DNA of 64,000 bases. It comes from Lama glama (Eukaryota). The notes under the pieces are model-generated. The model was given only the letters and a program-made list of their open reading frames with translations. It was not told the origin of the DNA and searched no databases. Below are positions 26,926 to 40,825 of this stretch, one piece after another. The stretch spans positions 4,218,001 to 4,282,000 of the forward strand of contig CM052817.1 in NCBI GenBank assembly GCA_028534125.1, written 5' to 3'. Made by a program: the position numbers and the translations under genes. Position 1 is the first letter of the stretch. Each line of letters opens with the position of its first letter.

Positions 26926-29900
26926 CATGTGTTGGGCTCCTTGAAACAGATGAGTATAGCATCCCCTTTATACAGAGGGGAGCAGGTACTGACAACATGC
27001 TTGGAAGGTGGAAGAGCAGGGTCTCGGCTGGGCCTCAGGGTGCCACCCCTAGTTGCCCTCTGTGACGCTCGGGGGTCAGAAGCACTGTCCCAGGGCCACA
27101 GCTGCAAGCAGGGATGGTAGCCAAACCCCAGGAGCCTTGGAGCATCCTACATCTGCCGGGTCCAGCAAATGGACACCTGGCATCAGCATCCAGCTGCCCG
27201 TTTATCCTGGGGTCAAACGTTGTGTGAATGAATGAATGAATTCAACGAACGATGGATTGTGAGTCCTGTGTGACAGCCTAGCCCTGAGGGAGCTGAGAAG
27301 TGTGAATTTCAGCTTAGTTGGTGGTAGCACGTTTTGCCCCCTGCGGCGTCATCGCCTTGGGTATGAGAGAGTTTGAACGGACCTTGAAAGAATGTTTTGA
27401 AGAGCTCCCTTCTCAAATCTTGGAGTAAATCACTGATGTCCCAGGAGCAAAGGATTTGGGCTGTTCCTGTTTGACAGCGCGTGCCCTCTTCCAGAGTGTG
27501 GGACGACTTCTCAGGGGCTGGAGCAGGTGTGATGCAGTGACAAGTCCACAGGGCCAAGCCTTGTGCATTCCCTGAATCCCAGTGAAGACATAAGAAGTGC
27601 AGCCTACAGTCGCTCTGACCAGTGATAACAAAGCTCTGTCTCTCAGCCTCTTCAGCGCAGCAGAGCTGGGTGCGCCCCACGGGACAGGCACTGAGAACAT
27701 GTGCAAAGCATCTGTCCGCTCACGTGGAGGAGGTGGGGCTGCACGGGCTGTGTTCCAGGACACAGGGTGTGTTCCAGGCAAGGCCATGAGCACCTCCTCC
27801 CTCTGAAAGTGTGGGGGCGGGTGGGAGGTGGTGGTGGGGAGATGCGGTTATTCCCCCCTCCCCCGGGGAGAGGTGGAGGGGCCGCCCCGTGGGAGCAAAG
27901 GAGGCCTGGAGGGGGCAGGCTGCAGAGTCAGGCCGGGTTGGATCTCAGCTCTGTACTTCACCTCCTCGAGCCTCAGTTTCCTCCTCTGTGAAAACGGGCG
28001 GTCGACTGAGTCCTGTGAGCTTGTTGTGGGGACTCAATGCAAACCTGTTTAAATGCCTGGTATCTGCTGAGTATCTTCATGAATGGTCAGTGTCATTTGG
28101 TTTCTGCAGGCTGTGCTCAAGAGCTTTCTGGGTGCAGCCAGGAGCCGCTGCCATGTGGGTTCCGGTCAGCTGCCCAGAGTGGAGGGGGAGCAGACCTGAC
28201 TTGTTTGTTTCCTGGGCTGGCCATTTCTTGGAAATCTAGAGTCTTTCCCTTAGTTTCATTGTTAACAAGTGCTAAACACCATCAAAAGTAAGAAAAGCAA
28301 GCAAGAGAGGGCTAAGTGGAGGATGGGGGAGGGACAGCAGGGGCTGTTTCTGGGTGTGTGAGCCTGGGCAGTGGCTTGGCCTCTCTGTGCCCCAGCTGTT
28401 TCATGTACAAAGTACGCCAGACGAGCCTCCCTCTCAAGACCTTGAGAGGGTTAATGAGATGACTCTGTGCAGACAGTTCGAACAGTCTGTTAGGTCCCTA
28501 ATTGGGGCTTCCCTCATTTCTGCTCCCAGAGGGAGACGTTATCCCTCGGGTGCTGACATAGGACCTTTCAGGAGTGCTTAACTGTTCTCCTGGTTATGAT
28601 TTGGGTTTAACAGATCAAAATATAGGTTCGTAGATGCCTCTTGGAAGACAGAGCACTTCTGTTAAGTGTTGAAGGGATGGTCCATTCACTGTGTAATCTC
28701 CCCCTCCCACCGTTTCTTAATTCCCACGACACGAGGGGGAATCTGACATCATCTGACGTCTAACATCACCACGGCGTTAGAGGTTAGTCTGCAACCGTCT
28801 GTGAGAATTCCCATGAGATCTAGCAGTTGTGTCGAGCAGTGCTTTGGGGAGCAACCAGTGGACTGGGCTTTCAAAGGTTTGGGTCCAAGTCCAGGCAGGC
28901 TGTGGCTCTCAGAGCCACATGTTCTCTCTCGTGTAAGTGGGGCCATGAATGACTTCTCAGCGGGCTTGATGGTTGATGCGGTGGTATCAGGGGAACAAGG
29001 TTATTTTACTCTGCGTTTGCAGTGGCATTTTTGTTAAGGATGGGCCGGGCTGCGCCTGGGAAGCGTCCATCCCTGACGTGGGGCGGGTCAGCCCTAGTAG
29101 CATCCCACGGCTTGAGGGGAGGGGAGGAGTGGGTCCCAAGGACACTAAGCTGCCCTGCCCCAGCCCCACAGACTCCAAACAGATGGGTCCTATGTCTTGC
29201 AGCTCGGTCTGCCCAGGTCCCGCTGTCCTGCTAGGGCAGCTCGGATGTTGCTTCCATCACCAAGCCCCCAGCCGGAAGCCATCTCTCCTGTCTCCGGGTG
29301 TCCCCAGCAGGATATCCCTCATTACCGTTTTCTGATTTGGGCTGTGATTGTTTATGGGCATGTCACCCTTCCCTGCTGGACCTGAAGGTCTGGCGGGAGA
29401 GGGGATAAGGTTTATCTCTCTGCCCCCAGGCCTTGTGCTGTGCCTGGCATTGTTTGTATGCGTGAAGGAAGGCACTGCAGTGTCCCTCATGTGCACGTGT
29501 GAACACCCGTTTCACAGGCACCTGCCAGCTACTTTTCCCTGGGCCAGGCACTGAATCAGGCTCTCAGGAGGCTGAGACTAATGCCAAGTCCTCACTACCG
29601 CAGAGTGCCCCCTGTGGTGGGGGACACAGTGCCAAGATGGGGCGATCAGGGCTGTGAAGAAGGGAAGCCCGGTGTACTATGGATGTGCAGAGGAAGCCCC
29701 CCCTCAGTCTGGGGATAGGATGTGGAAACAAAACCTTTACATTTATGAGTATCCGAAGCCTAACAAAGAAGTTATGAGCAGAGTGACTGTCCCATTCTTC
29801 GGGAAGATACTGGTGGTGGTGGGGAGCGGGGCTGAGGTCTGCTGTGAAATATTCAGGTACTCACGCTGAGAAGAATTCCTGCTTAGCTAGCTTCAAAATT

Positions 29901-30214
29901 CGAATTGGCATGGGCTTTGTCTTTGTGATTTAATTTAGACCATCAGTATGATTTTTGTGTTATTTGGGGCCACGTTACTTTATAGTGTGCTTCTTGAGTA
30001 TCGATTTTATAATGCAACTTGTATCTTGTTGGATGTATTACAGAGTTCTTTAATTCAGAAGTGGTGAGTTGTGCCTTTTTGGTTGTAGGTCAGAGATTGT
30101 GTCAACACTGAGAGATGAACAGTGGCTGGGCGTGAACTTGAGCTTTCTTTTCCTTTAGTTGACTATGAATACGCAGAAGTTGGCTCGCTTTGTGCATTTG
30201 AATCTTGAAGGTCA

Positions 30215-32270
30215 TTGTTTTCTTGTAGATGACCTGTAGTTGGGTCCTGTGTTTTGAGCCACACTGACAGTCTCTGCCTTTTAATTGGTGCATTTAGACC
30301 ATTGATATATATTTTTTAATTGAGGTGTAATTGACATAAACATTGTAATAGTTTCAAGTGGGCAGCAAATGATTCAATATTTATGTATGTCGCAAAATGA
30401 TCACCACAGTAAGTCCAGTTATCAATGGTCACCAGGCATAATGATAAAAGTTAGTTCTCTTGTGATGAGAACCTTGAGAGCCACTCTATTAGCAACTTCC
30501 CAATATGCAACTCAGTATTGTTAACCACAGACACCGCGCTGTACATTACAGCTCTTAGACCTTTGATGACCAAAGTGATCACTGATGTAGTTGGGTAGCA
30601 TCTGCCGTGTCTGTTGCTGTTTTCCATCTTTTGACCATTTGTTACTGTTTTTGTCTTCTGCCCTCTGACTTCTGTGGCTTTAATGGAGTATTTTATATGT
30701 TGCCATTTTTTCCTCTCCTTTCTGAGTAGGTCAGTTGTCTTTCTTTAAAAAAATTTTAGTGGTCACCCTAGAGTTCGCCATACACTTGTACAACTAACCC
30801 GAGTCCGCTTTCAAGTAACACCACGTTGCTTTGTGTGTAATGTAAGACCCTTATAGCAAAGTATTCCTATTTCCTCCCTCCTATTCCTTGTAAATTGCTG
30901 TCATTCATTTCATTTATCCAGAAGCTATAATCACAGGATGTTATTGCTTTTTATCATTTTGAACATTGTTATCTGTTAGATCAATGAAGAATAAGAAAAG
31001 TAAAAGTTTTAATTTTACCTTTATTTATTCCTTATCCAGCACTCTTCCTTTCTTTATGTAGATCTGTTTCCGACCTATGTCATTTTCCTTCTCTTGGAAG
31101 AACTTACTTCAACACTTTTTGCAAGGCTGGCCTGCTGGTGACACGTGTCTTCAGCTTTTGTTTGTTTGAGTTAGTCTTCATTTCTCCTTCATTTTGAAGG
31201 GAATTTTTGCAGGGTACGGATTTTTAGGTTGGGGACTTTTTCTTTCAGTGATTTAAATATTTCCCTCCGTTCTCTTCCAGTTTGTGTGGCTTCTGAAGAA
31301 ACGTCTGTTGTAATTCTTATCCCTGCTCCTCTATTTGTAAGATTTTTTCCTCTGGCTCCTTTCAAGATTTTTCTTTATCTTTGATCTTCTGAAGCTTTAT
31401 TGCAATATGCCTGGGTGTGGATCTTCGGGCAGGTACTCTGCGTGTTCTCTGAGCTTCCCAGATCTGTGGTTTAGTATCATAATTTTCAGAAATACTCAGA
31501 CATTACTGCTTCAAATATTTCTTCTCTTCCTTTTGCTTTCTCTCTTCTCCTATTATGCATGTGTTACACCTTTTGTAGTTATACCACAGTTCTGGCATAT
31601 CCTACTCTGTTTATTTCAGTGGTTTTTTAAAAAATTTTGCTGTTCGGTCTGGAAAGTTTGTATCAATATGTCTTTAAACTCGCTGATTCCTCAGCCATGC
31701 CCAGTGTACTGATGAGCCCATCGAAGGCATTCTTCATTTCTGTTACAATGCTTTTGATCTCCAGCATTTTTTTTGGCCCTTCCTTAGAATTTCCGTCTCA
31801 GCGCACATTAGCGTCTGTTCTTGCATGTTGTCTGCTTTTTCCATCCCTGCCCTTAGCATATTGATCATAGTTATTTTAGAGTCTTAGTCTGATAATTCCA
31901 ACATCGCTGCCGTATCATAGTCTGGTTCTGATGCTTGCTGCCTCTTCAAACTGGGTTTTTTTGCCATCCAGTTTGCCTGGTCGGTAGGTTGTTTGTTTGT
32001 TTTTCTTGTTGCTGTTGTTACTGAAAGCTGGGCAAGGAGTATTTGGCAAAAGGAACCTGAACTGGTTCCCGCAGAGGCTTCTGCTCTTGGGTTTCTGCTC
32101 TGGTAACGTATTAGTCTCTGTATCTGCCTGTCTGGGAGTGGTTGGCCCTGTGACCTCAGTTCTCTGACAGACATAAAAAGAAGTTGTGATTTTCAGTTTG
32201 TTCAGCTTTTTTCTTGTTGTGTGGATGAAAGTGATGACTCCCAAGTTCCTTGCACACCAGACCAGAAACT
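30215..32270 (-). mobile_element. Old L1 5' region (ORF1 to start of ORF2 endonuclease) with a nested L1 3' end at ~30307-30554
   Basis: Antisense of the NAPIKRQRLS EN motif at ~30260-30295; nested element flanked by ttagaccattgat/ttagacctttgat. Confidence 0.72.
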
Positions 32271-33989
32271 GGAAATTTGATTTCATTCTTTCTGTGTTCT
32301 CCTTCCCTCCTTTCTTCCCTCCTACTCTTCCTTCCTCCCCTGTTCTTTTCTTCCACCTTTCTTCCCTGCCTTCCTCCTGTGTAGGGCATTTTATTGGGCA
32401 AGACTTTGCCAAAGTGGCTACGGGGCAGGTAACTGCACAGTTTGGCCCTAATCGGCTTTCTCTGGGGTTTTTTGGGGGTGGCATCCATGAGTTCAGATAT
32501 GGGCTCTGTGGGTCCTTGACCATGAGTCCTGGTGCTCCAGAGTCTGTCAAATTCAGAGAGGCCTCCCTGCCCTGATCTTGGCCGTACTTTACTTCTGTGG
32601 GACATAGCAAGATGGACCTGCTAGGACCAGGTGACAAAGGCGGTACAAAGATTCCTGGGCCCTCCTGCCCCATCAAAGTTGGTGTCCTCACAGCGTCTAG
32701 CTCTTACTTAGGTCAGCAGCAGCCCTCCGCATGGTCTTGACTTCAGAGGTGACCAGGTTTATTCTGTGACTGGGGTGACGATGACCAGTGACAATGGCAG
32801 GTACTGCCAGCAAAAGGAGAGAGTTCTGACCTCCTGATACTTTTCTGGGGATTGAAAAGTGGTGGTTCCTGGAGAAATCCCACTCTCCCCTTCTTACAGC
32901 TGTTTTAAGGTATAAAGGACATATGGTGATACTGAAAAGAACAAAGGAGCAAGGAGTCTGAGAGGAGGGAGCTTTGGGCAGGAGAGGCCGTCAGCATCCC
33001 GAGGGCAGAGTGGGGTGCAGCTACTTGATATTGTGGTCCCGAGCCCAGCACGGTGCCTGCACGTAGGAGCTGAGTGGTGAGCTTGTACTGAACAAACGAG
33101 GGAGTGATGCCTCCAACTTGCCGAGCTCCTCTCTGCACTGAGCTTTGTTACCCAAGGGCAAGGCCAAGGTCCTTGATGCTTGTACCCTGCCATTTTACCA
33201 AGGGCCATGTTTGACTATGTGGGGAGTGGAGACAGCTGCATCTCTGTGTACGCACACGCACACACACACACACACACACGCACACAGCAGTTCTTATGTA
33301 ATGACACTTACCTTCATGGTTCGGGGATTATTTTTTTACCAAGGACCCAAGAGTCCTATGTCCCTTGAAGAGTCCCTTGTGTCCTTCTGCCTGAACTTTG
33401 TAACTGTGATGCTTTCACAGTTGAGCAGGCATCCAGGAGGGGTCCTGATGTTACCAAGCACCTGTGCTGGGCAGGCATTTTGCCTGGTACTGGACAGTCA
33501 AGTGAATAAGATGGTTTCAAAAGAACTGATATTCCAGCCGGGCAAGTGGACAAGGAGACACAGCAACAGGGCGAGATGGTACAGGGACCTCACCAGCCAT
33601 CCACGGCGATGTCTGGACTTGCCCTGAGGACCACAGCAGCTTGACGTGTTATTGTTCTGTTGATTATTTTCTGGGCACGGGTGCTATGCATGCTGACTGG
33701 CTTCAGGAGGCTTCCTCTTGCAGCCTTGGGTGGGTGGCCGGGTTCGGAGGGGCAGGGAGACTGTTTTGAAGGCCCCTGGGCTGCTGGTGGCAGGGTGGAG
33801 GGAACAGGAAGGACTGCAGAGGGAGTCGCAGCTGGTGCCATGGGGCTGGGCACTGCCTGAGCGTCCCCTGCCAGGCCCTGCATTCTCTGCCCTGCTGCCC
33901 CCAGGGCACAGCACATGCCTCCTTTTTGCTCCGCTTACACCCTTCCTTCCAGAACAAATAGCTTTTCAGCGAACCTGGTGATGTGGCTT

Positions 33990-34029
<40 letters not shown>

Positions 34030-34554
34030 CTGAGCCTCAGTTTCCCCATCTCTAAATCAGGAAGACAACTTTGGTCCTGCCTGCCCCTGGGGTTGCTCTG
34101 TGGCATGGCCAGGGTGACGTGGGCCACCGTGGCAGCTAGTGGACGGGAGTCGGATGGGGCTCGCCTGCGGTGACGTGGGCAGCTCTGGACCCCTCCGAGC
34201 CCGGTTCCCTTTGTGGTGGGTAGGCGTGATGGTGCCGTCAGCCTGCGGGCCTGCTGTGAACCCACCGCCTCCGAGCCTGCCGATTCTCTGCTTCCTTCTG
34301 TTGTTGGCAACGGGAACTTTGAAGCCCCAGGCCTTCCGAGGAGCCTTCCCAAGACGCCCAGGACCTCTCTCTGGGAATTCTGATACGCAGGCTGGAGAGG
34401 CAGGTCTGCGCATCTCAGAAGTGCTTCCCCTGGACATTTGGGGTTTTCCTGTCCTCGTCGGAGCTGCCGAGCTGGTGTGTGTGGTGTGTATGATGTGCGC
34501 GGTGTTTGGGGGGGTGTTGATGTGTGGTGTTTGGTGTGTGTGTGGTGGTGTGTG

Positions 34555-34860
34555 TCAGCTTGGGCTGCTGTAACATAATTCTGTAGAACGCGTGCTTTAG
34601 ACAGCAGACACTTAACTTCTCACAGTTTCGGAGGCTAGAAGTCCGATTTCAGGTTCTCAGACACGCCCTCTTCCTGGCTTGTAGACGGCTGCCTTCTTGC
34701 TGAGTCCTCACAAGGCAGAGACTGTAAAGGCACGAATCTCATGGGGGCTCCACCCTCGTGATCTGATTACTCCCAAAGGCCCACCTCCTAATCCCATTGT
34801 AGTGGACATTGGGATTTCAACACACGAATTTTGGGGAGACACGAACCTTCAGTCCTTGGC
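34555..34860 (-). mobile_element. MLT1 solo LTR inside a (TG)-rich tract (34470-35090)
   Basis: gggctgctgtaaca...ctcacagtttcggaggctagaagtcc...cccaaaggccccacctcctaat...gggatttcaacac. Confidence 0.75.
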
Positions 34861-35473
34861 AGCATGTGTATGGTGTTTGCTATGTGTGTGTGCTTGTTTC
34901 TCTGTGGTGTGTGTGTGTGGTGTGTGTATTGTGTGTTTCTGTATGGTGTGTGCATATGCTGGGGGGGTGTTTGTGTATATGTATCTGTGTTTCTCTGCTT
35001 ATGTGTGTGGCTTGTGGGTTGGGTGTGTGTTTCCGTATAATGTGTGCATTGTAGGGGGGGTGTTTGTGTGGGGTGTGTGATGTATGTAGAACAAAGTCTG
35101 CCCCTCCCCCATCACAAGAGGGGCCCTCAGATGTTCGTTGGGTACAGAATGTACAGCCTGACCTGGAGAAGGAGTCAGCACACCCTAGGCCCCCATGGTG
35201 GTGGAGTCCACAGCTGGGAGAGTTGGCAGCAAGCGACCTGCGTCTCAACTCAGTGGGAACGCGTGGCTCTGCGCGCAGGGAGGGGCTCGGGGGGTCGTGG
35301 CCCCTGAGATGGGAGAGTCCTGGTGAGGGGGTCAGCCAGCCCAGGCGGGGGCGCCACCTGCTGATGAGTGATGTCATCAGCCCGGCCGTGGGAGCTGAGG
35401 GGGCACCTCAGTGAGCTGCGGCCTGGCCCGTGGTGTCTGCGTCAGGTGGTACCTGCCCCATGGCCTCTGAAGC

Positions 35474-35973
35474 NNNNNNNNNNNNNNNNNNNNNNNNNNN
35501 NNNNNNNNNNNNNNNNNNNNNNNNNNNNNNNNNNNNNNNNNNNNNNNNNNNNNNNNNNNNNNNNNNNNNNNNNNNNNNNNNNNNNNNNNNNNNNNNNNNN
35601 NNNNNNNNNNNNNNNNNNNNNNNNNNNNNNNNNNNNNNNNNNNNNNNNNNNNNNNNNNNNNNNNNNNNNNNNNNNNNNNNNNNNNNNNNNNNNNNNNNNN
35701 NNNNNNNNNNNNNNNNNNNNNNNNNNNNNNNNNNNNNNNNNNNNNNNNNNNNNNNNNNNNNNNNNNNNNNNNNNNNNNNNNNNNNNNNNNNNNNNNNNNN
35801 NNNNNNNNNNNNNNNNNNNNNNNNNNNNNNNNNNNNNNNNNNNNNNNNNNNNNNNNNNNNNNNNNNNNNNNNNNNNNNNNNNNNNNNNNNNNNNNNNNNN
35901 NNNNNNNNNNNNNNNNNNNNNNNNNNNNNNNNNNNNNNNNNNNNNNNNNNNNNNNNNNNNNNNNNNNNNNNNN
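35474..35973. other. Assembly gap (500 N)
   Basis: Run of N. Confidence 1.
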
Positions 35974-36154
35974 ACGATTCTGATGCAGCCCCAGTTGGAG
36001 AAGCATTAGGCCATCCTTAGACTGAGCGGTGCCTGGCTTGGGGAGGGGGCCGCAGCAGACGCTGGCCGCCATTGTGTTTGAGTGCCCCAAGCAGGGGGAC
36101 ACCAGCCCCTGTCTCTGCTGACCTGGCTTCCTTCCTCCCCCAGGGTCCCAAGTG

Positions 36155-36485
<331 letters not shown>

Positions 36486-38079
36486 TGAGTGGACGGTGTG
36501 TTCCGGGGCTAGGGTGAGCTTGGGCACTCCATCTCTCTGGGCCCCAGCCTGCCCCTCGTTAAAATGGGTATTACATCAGTGGCGGCACAGATACAGGTAC
36601 GTCCTGGCCCCCCCACCCCACCTGGTTCTGATCTTGGACCAGCTACTTCACCCTCGGGGATGTAATCTCCCTCATCTGCAAGACAGGATCCTGATAGTAC
36701 CACCTGATGGGCCTGCGCTCAGGAGTGAGGACGTCAGTATGTGTACATGGACTGTTTTGCTTTCGGCGGGCAGGTGTGAGCTTTGGTCAGTCCAGGGCCT
36801 GCTTGGGTGCCAATCAAAATGCACGCATCATGGGCAGCCAATCACAGGAGAGGAGCCCAGCCTTTAATCGTGCAGACCTGGCTTCAAACCTCACCTTGGC
36901 CCCTGACTGGCTTCACGATCTTCGATCAGTGACATGAAGTCTCTGAATCTCCACTTTCTCATCCGTAACGTAGCACTATAATAACTGCCCGGTTTAAGTT
37001 TGTTGTAAAGATCTTAGGTAATGGATACCAACAAAGGCCGTTGACGTCTGGTGCCTGGGCACCGCCACGCCTTGTTGTCGGTATGGTTCTGACCAGGGTG
37101 CTTTCGAGGGAAAAGCAGGTGGAGTGGTGGGTGCTCTGTGAGCTCAGAGAGGATCCGTGTGAGGAGAGAAGGGGGTGGTGCGGGAGGCTTGCTTCCTCAT
37201 GGCCCGGCTGAGGCTCTGACTTGGCTGGGGAGGAGGAGGTTATACCCCGAGCCCTGCAGGTGCCCTCCGGCCCTGCCCACAGCACCTGGTGGAGGGGAGG
37301 GACTGCGCGCGGGATTGCGGCCCGTGTCTGGTTGAGTGCTGGGACTCTGGCAGCACCTGCAGTGCTGAGCAGGGTCTAGCTCCCCAGTGGGGAGAGGGCT
37401 GGGGCTTTTGGCCTTGGCTCTGACCCTAGCTCAAGAGACCACATGGAGAGCAGAGGCTGAGTCCTCTATCTGGGGCAATGAAGGCTGGACTCTTGGAGCC
37501 TGGGGACAGATGTGCCCACTCCTATCCCCAGACACTCAGAATTCCAGGCCTAGTGCAGCCATTGTCTTTCAGCACAGCTGCTGGTGGTGCCTGCCTCTTC
37601 ACCCCTTGCCCAGCTCAGGAAGGATTCACCTGCCAGGATCCCCTGGGGTTCTCAGCTGCACAGCTGGGCCTAGAGGAGCCCACCAGGAAGTAGTGACAGC
37701 AGCTGTGGTTATGAGGGGAAGCCACACAGCCAGCGTCATTCATCTCCATCCCCCCCATCACCTAACTCACCTTGAGGTCTTTGGGCAAGCCAGATAGCAG
37801 CCTTATAGCTCAGTTTCCCCATCTGTTAATGTGTCTGCCTCCCTAGGTTGTCTAAGGAACGAGTGAGACAGTCACATACAGGGCCTGGGTACCGCCCGTC
37901 CCCTGCAGTCACTCCACAGTCGGCCGACATTTATGTGTCTGCTGCGCGGGCTGCCGCAGGTGCCTTAGAGGGCCTCCTGACCCTTGCAGCGACCTGTGAG
38001 GTCAGATGTGGCTTTTCCCACTTTACAGGTGAGCAAACTGAGGGTGGGAAAGGAGAGGCAACTTACCCGGAAGATCACC

Positions 38080-38455
38080 TTGCTGGGGCCACTGTAACAA
38101 AGTATCATAGCCTGTGAGCTTCAACAACTGAGATTTATTTCCTCCCAGTCCCGGAGGCTGGAAGTCTGAAATCAAGGTGTCGGCAGGCCTGGTTCCTGCT
38201 GAGGCCTCTCCGCTGGGCTTGCAGACAGCCGTCTTCTCCCTGTGTGCTCACATGGTCTTCTCTGTGTGTGTCTGGTCCTCATCTCGTGTTAAAAAGGCAC
38301 CAGTTTTATTGGATCAGGGCCCACCCTCATGATCTCATTTAGCTTAATGACCTTTTTTAAGCTCTCTCTCCAAACACAGTCACACTCTGAGGTTCTGGGG
38401 TTTGGGACTTCCACATAGGAATCTGGGGCAGGGGGGACACGATTCAGCCCATAAG
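38080..38455 (-). mobile_element. MLT1 solo LTR
   Basis: ggaggctggaagtctgaaatcaaggtgtcggcagg...cagtcacactctgagg...attcagcccata. Confidence 0.8.
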
Positions 38456-40159
38456 AGCAGGTCAGCACAGTTGTAGGTGTTGACGGGGCGTTGGAAGCCA
38501 GGCCTGAGGGAACCCCAGCCTATGCTTCCATGTCCCCAAGTGCCTCCTGCCTCCATGTGCCCTCGCTGCCTGTTTTCTCAATCCAGCCACCCCGTAGTCC
38601 TTCTGGTGGGCTCCTCCAGGTCACCACTGGAATAGTTTCTGTTCTTGGAGAATTCAGCAATGTGCTTATTGGCTGGTATAAGAAATGTAAACTTTCCAGT
38701 TGCATTTAACTTATTTTTCTATGCTCTCATAATATCTGTGGTCGATGCTGCATTTGCAGTGTTGTTACTTTAGCAGAGGAACCTTGTTGAACACTGTAGA
38801 ATGAGGGGATGTGGGGAAGGTACCTGTTGGTTGATCCATACATACACTGAACCCCCTGCACCTGTGCTCAGGCCTGGGCTGGGTGTTTGGAGGTGACAAA
38901 GGCAGGCTGGGGACCCAGATGCTCAGGGAGCTAGCCAGACGACAGTAATTGGAATGTTACACCAGAGATTTTAGGAAGCCATGCAATGCGAGAGGGGCCT
39001 GAGAAGGCTTTGCAGAAGGGGATTGGAACCGGCTCTGAAGGATTTCCCTAGCTAGTGAGAAAGGGAGCAGGGTTCACACCATCCCAAGGGTCCAGCATCC
39101 TCAGTGCCAATCGGGGTGCCAAGGCCACTGGGGCAGAGTCCCTGACTTGTTGAGGCCCACAGTCTGGTGTGTTTTGGGGCAGAGAGGGCAGTGGTCAGCA
39201 CAGGGGCCCGAGCTAAGCTGAGCGTTCCAGCTACTGCCCATCACCCACCAGCTGGGGAGTCATCCGTTCTTACAGTGACCAGCCCACGCTGCTCTGCAGC
39301 TACACTGGGCCAGGGACTAGCGTGGCTACAGAATTGAGTTGGGTCCCATCCTGCCCTCCAGGGGCTGCTGGTGGCTGGGCCAGGAGGGTTGAAATTTGGG
39401 TGTAATCTGTGTGGTTAATGGAGAAAAATCACGTGGGGCTCCAGGAGCCCAGTGGAGGCCCTGACCCAGTCGAGGAAGGCTTCTGGGCCCTCCCGGGGAA
39501 CAGAGGGAGGGTGAAGGCCCAGGGACCAGGCAGAGGGAGCAGCTCGTGTAGGAGCCGGGCCCCCCTGGGGAAGGCAGGTGCTCATGGCTGAGGTGGTAGA
39601 TGCTGTCATTCCTTATTTACAAACCTGCCAGCCCCTTCCTCCTCTCATTCTTTGCTTTGCTCAGTCCACAGCTAATTATTGACCACCTCCTGTGTGCCAT
39701 GCTCTGCCCCAGAAGCTGTGCTGCTCTGGAGCCAGTCCTCCTCCCGGAGCTTGTCTCCAACAGGGGGAGTAGGGAGCGTTCAAATGCCAGGACGTTAACG
39801 TGTAATATCTATTCTGCAGTGAAAAGTGCCAAGAAAGTAAAGCAGGAGAAGCAAGTGGAGAGCAGTGGGGCTGGAGAGGGGGTGGCTCTTTTGGGGGGTG
39901 GCCAGCAGCAAAGAGGCGCTGAATGGAGTGGGGAGGGCAGACCCTGCAGAGAGACCTGGCTGCGAGCGTTCCGGGCAGAGGGACTAGCTCGGGAACAGGC
40001 CTGGCGGTGGGAAGGCGTATGTGTGTCTGAGGTGCAGCAGGTAGCGGCGTGGCCCCAGCTGAGCGGTCAGGGAGGAGGACCGGAGAGCCGTCAGCCGGGG
40101 TCAGTCCTGCGGGCTGGGGAGGACAGGCTTGTGTGCTGAATGCCACAAAGCTCTTGAGG

Positions 40160-40825
40160 GTTTCCTTTTTTTGTTGCTTTCTTTTGTATTTTTTTATTTA
40201 CATCAATATGAATACTTGTTTTATACTCCGGATTATAACCCAAAACTACTTTATTTTGTTGCTCCAATGGTTCTAGCTTTGGCTGCTGAGATCTCTTTCA
40301 GTTGGCTCCTGGGTCACTTTGACATGTTCCATCATTGTGGCATTTATTATTAATTTATTCTTGCGCACATCCTTGCTTTCTGGCACCGTAAGATGCTCCA
40401 GGCTCATCTTGTATATCGCCTGCCCCAGTCCTAGAGCCAATCATTGCTGTAAGGAATTCTTTCCTTTTATTGGAGAATGGTATTTAGAAGCCAATACCTG
40501 GGCACTGGGTGTGCTCAACACTGCTAGAATGGCTTTGCTTCTAGGCTGAGCTGACAGAGCGAGGATGTGTATATAAGCTGTGTATGTACAAATATCTAAA
40601 ATATTTCTAAATGTCACATCTGTGTCTATATTCAGTTAAACATGTATTCTTACTAATGTCCCCAGTGCTAATCCAGTACCAGCTGGATCCTTTGGCCTCC
40701 TCCCCTTGCTGATCTGTGTCCTCCCTCCAGTGAGAGCCTGACCCCACCATCCACTATCCACATAGTTAGTTATTCAACACTCCACTTATACAGTGGCTTC
40801 AGAATAGTTAACCTGCACCCCGTGG
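40160..40825 (-). mobile_element. Old L1 (L1MC/MD-like) 3' UTR fragment
   Basis: ttctggcaccgtaagatgctccaggctcatcttgtat...ggagaatggtatttagaagcc is a recognisable L1M 3' UTR. Confidence 0.65.

Noticed and set aside
31915..32691. 258-aa minus-strand ORF
   Set aside because: Runs through a decayed L1 5' region and a purine/pyrimidine tract; no homology recognised, no splice support.
35368..36102. Long ORFs spanning N runs (also 53265-54181)
   Set aside because: Artefacts of translating N as X.
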